From contig NIVC01003664.1 of assembly GCA_002269645.1 (NCBI GenBank), positions 20,263 to 84,262 on the forward strand: a stretch of DNA of 64,000 nucleotides. The letters are read 5' to 3'. The position numbers were made by a program, and so were the translations under genes. The stretch comes from Macrostomum lignano (lineage: Eukaryota). Shown here piece by piece: positions 63,397 through 64,000 of the stretch. Each line of letters opens with the position of its first letter. The first letter of the stretch is position 1. The notes beneath the pieces are model-generated. The model was not told the DNA's origin, did not search any database, and saw nothing but the letters and a program-made list of their open reading frames with translations.

Positions 63397-64000
63397 TCAC
63401 CGGCCTCCCCTGCCGCTACGCTTTCTCCAGCTGCCTCTAAGCTTTCTCCAGCCGCCTCTACGCTTTTGCCAGCCACCTCTACGCTTTCTCCAGCCGCCTC
63501 TACGCTTTTGCCAGCCGCCTCTACGCTTTCTCAGCCGCCTCTACGCTTTTGCCAGCCGCCTCTACGCTTTTGCCAGCCGCCTCTACGCTTTTGCCAGCCG
63601 CCTCTACGCTTTCTCCAGCCGCCTCTACGCTTTCTCCAGCCGCCTCTACGCTTTTGCCAGTCGCCTCTGTCACTGTCATCATCAACCCAACTTCTGTCGT
63701 ATCCTCTTCTTTTACCCCTGTTCTTATCATCTCTGTCCTTGCCTGCTTTGCCTTACTTCCCTTGCCTTTGTCTCCTTTACCCTTGCCTCCTTTGTCCTTG
63801 TCATCTTCGTCATTATCATCGCCATGACTGTGACCGTGTCCATGACCATGACCATGTCCATGACCATGACCGTGTCCATGACCGTGACCGTTTCCATGAC
63901 CGTGACCATGACCGTGTCCATGGCAATGTCCATGACCATGTCCACGACAATGTCCTGGACGCTTTGTTGTCGTCGCTTCAGTAGTAGTTGTGGGAGCTTC
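63397..64000 (-). CDS. 3' end of a low-complexity protein (Thr-rich, (GH)n, D-rich, K/G-rich, [KRRGGW(Q/R)]x~12) with two apparent 1-nt deletions
   Basis: Minus frame from 64000 reads EAPTTTEATTTKRPGHCRGHGHGH...SHGDDNDEDDKDKGGKGKGDKGKGSK. After a 1-nt shift it reads GKAGKDRDDKNRGKRRGYDRSWVDDDSDRGDWQKRRGGW.... The 21-bp unit spacing drops to 20 once (63512 to 63532). TGA at 63399-63397. Confidence 0.65.

Noticed and set aside
63352-63984. Plus-strand 210-aa ORF and MDMVMD/SVEAAG ORFs
   Set aside because: Shadow frames of the minus-strand GH/KRRGGW repeat. They switch peptide exactly at the inferred indels.

Overview
Eukaryotic, intron-rich animal DNA. GC-rich exons sit among AT-rich or minisatellite-filled introns and spacers. 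This style suggests a flatworm such as Macrostomum, which is an inference only. I reconstructed six spliced genes by hand from GT-AG junctions and frame continuity: a 7-EC protocadherin (-), mitochondrial SSADH/ALDH5A1 (-), FBXO16 (+), a three-exon vasopressin/oxytocin-neurophysin precursor (-), TMEM117 (+) and RAB21 (+). The precursor's nonapeptide exon (CFVANCPPG-GKKR) is missing from the ORF track. Two orphan coding candidates are also present: a 149-aa coiled coil with eight tryptophans in exact heptad register, and the 3' end of a His-Gly / KRRGGW-repeat protein entering from the right edge. The 31.7-44.3 kb block holds three long (TCTG)n tracts with two related element bodies between them. 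These carry GGTCCAC-TAA motifs, TIR-like ends, a spliced chromodomain, a CxxC/H/H finger and a 238-bp satellite. A truncated Penelope-like fragment with a minimal hammerhead ribozyme motif lies in the same block. Other repeats include a solo-LTR-like insert in (TTAG)n, a dispersed palindromic MITE-like family and more than 15 distinct tandem arrays. Most long ORFs in the supplied track are repeat artefacts.
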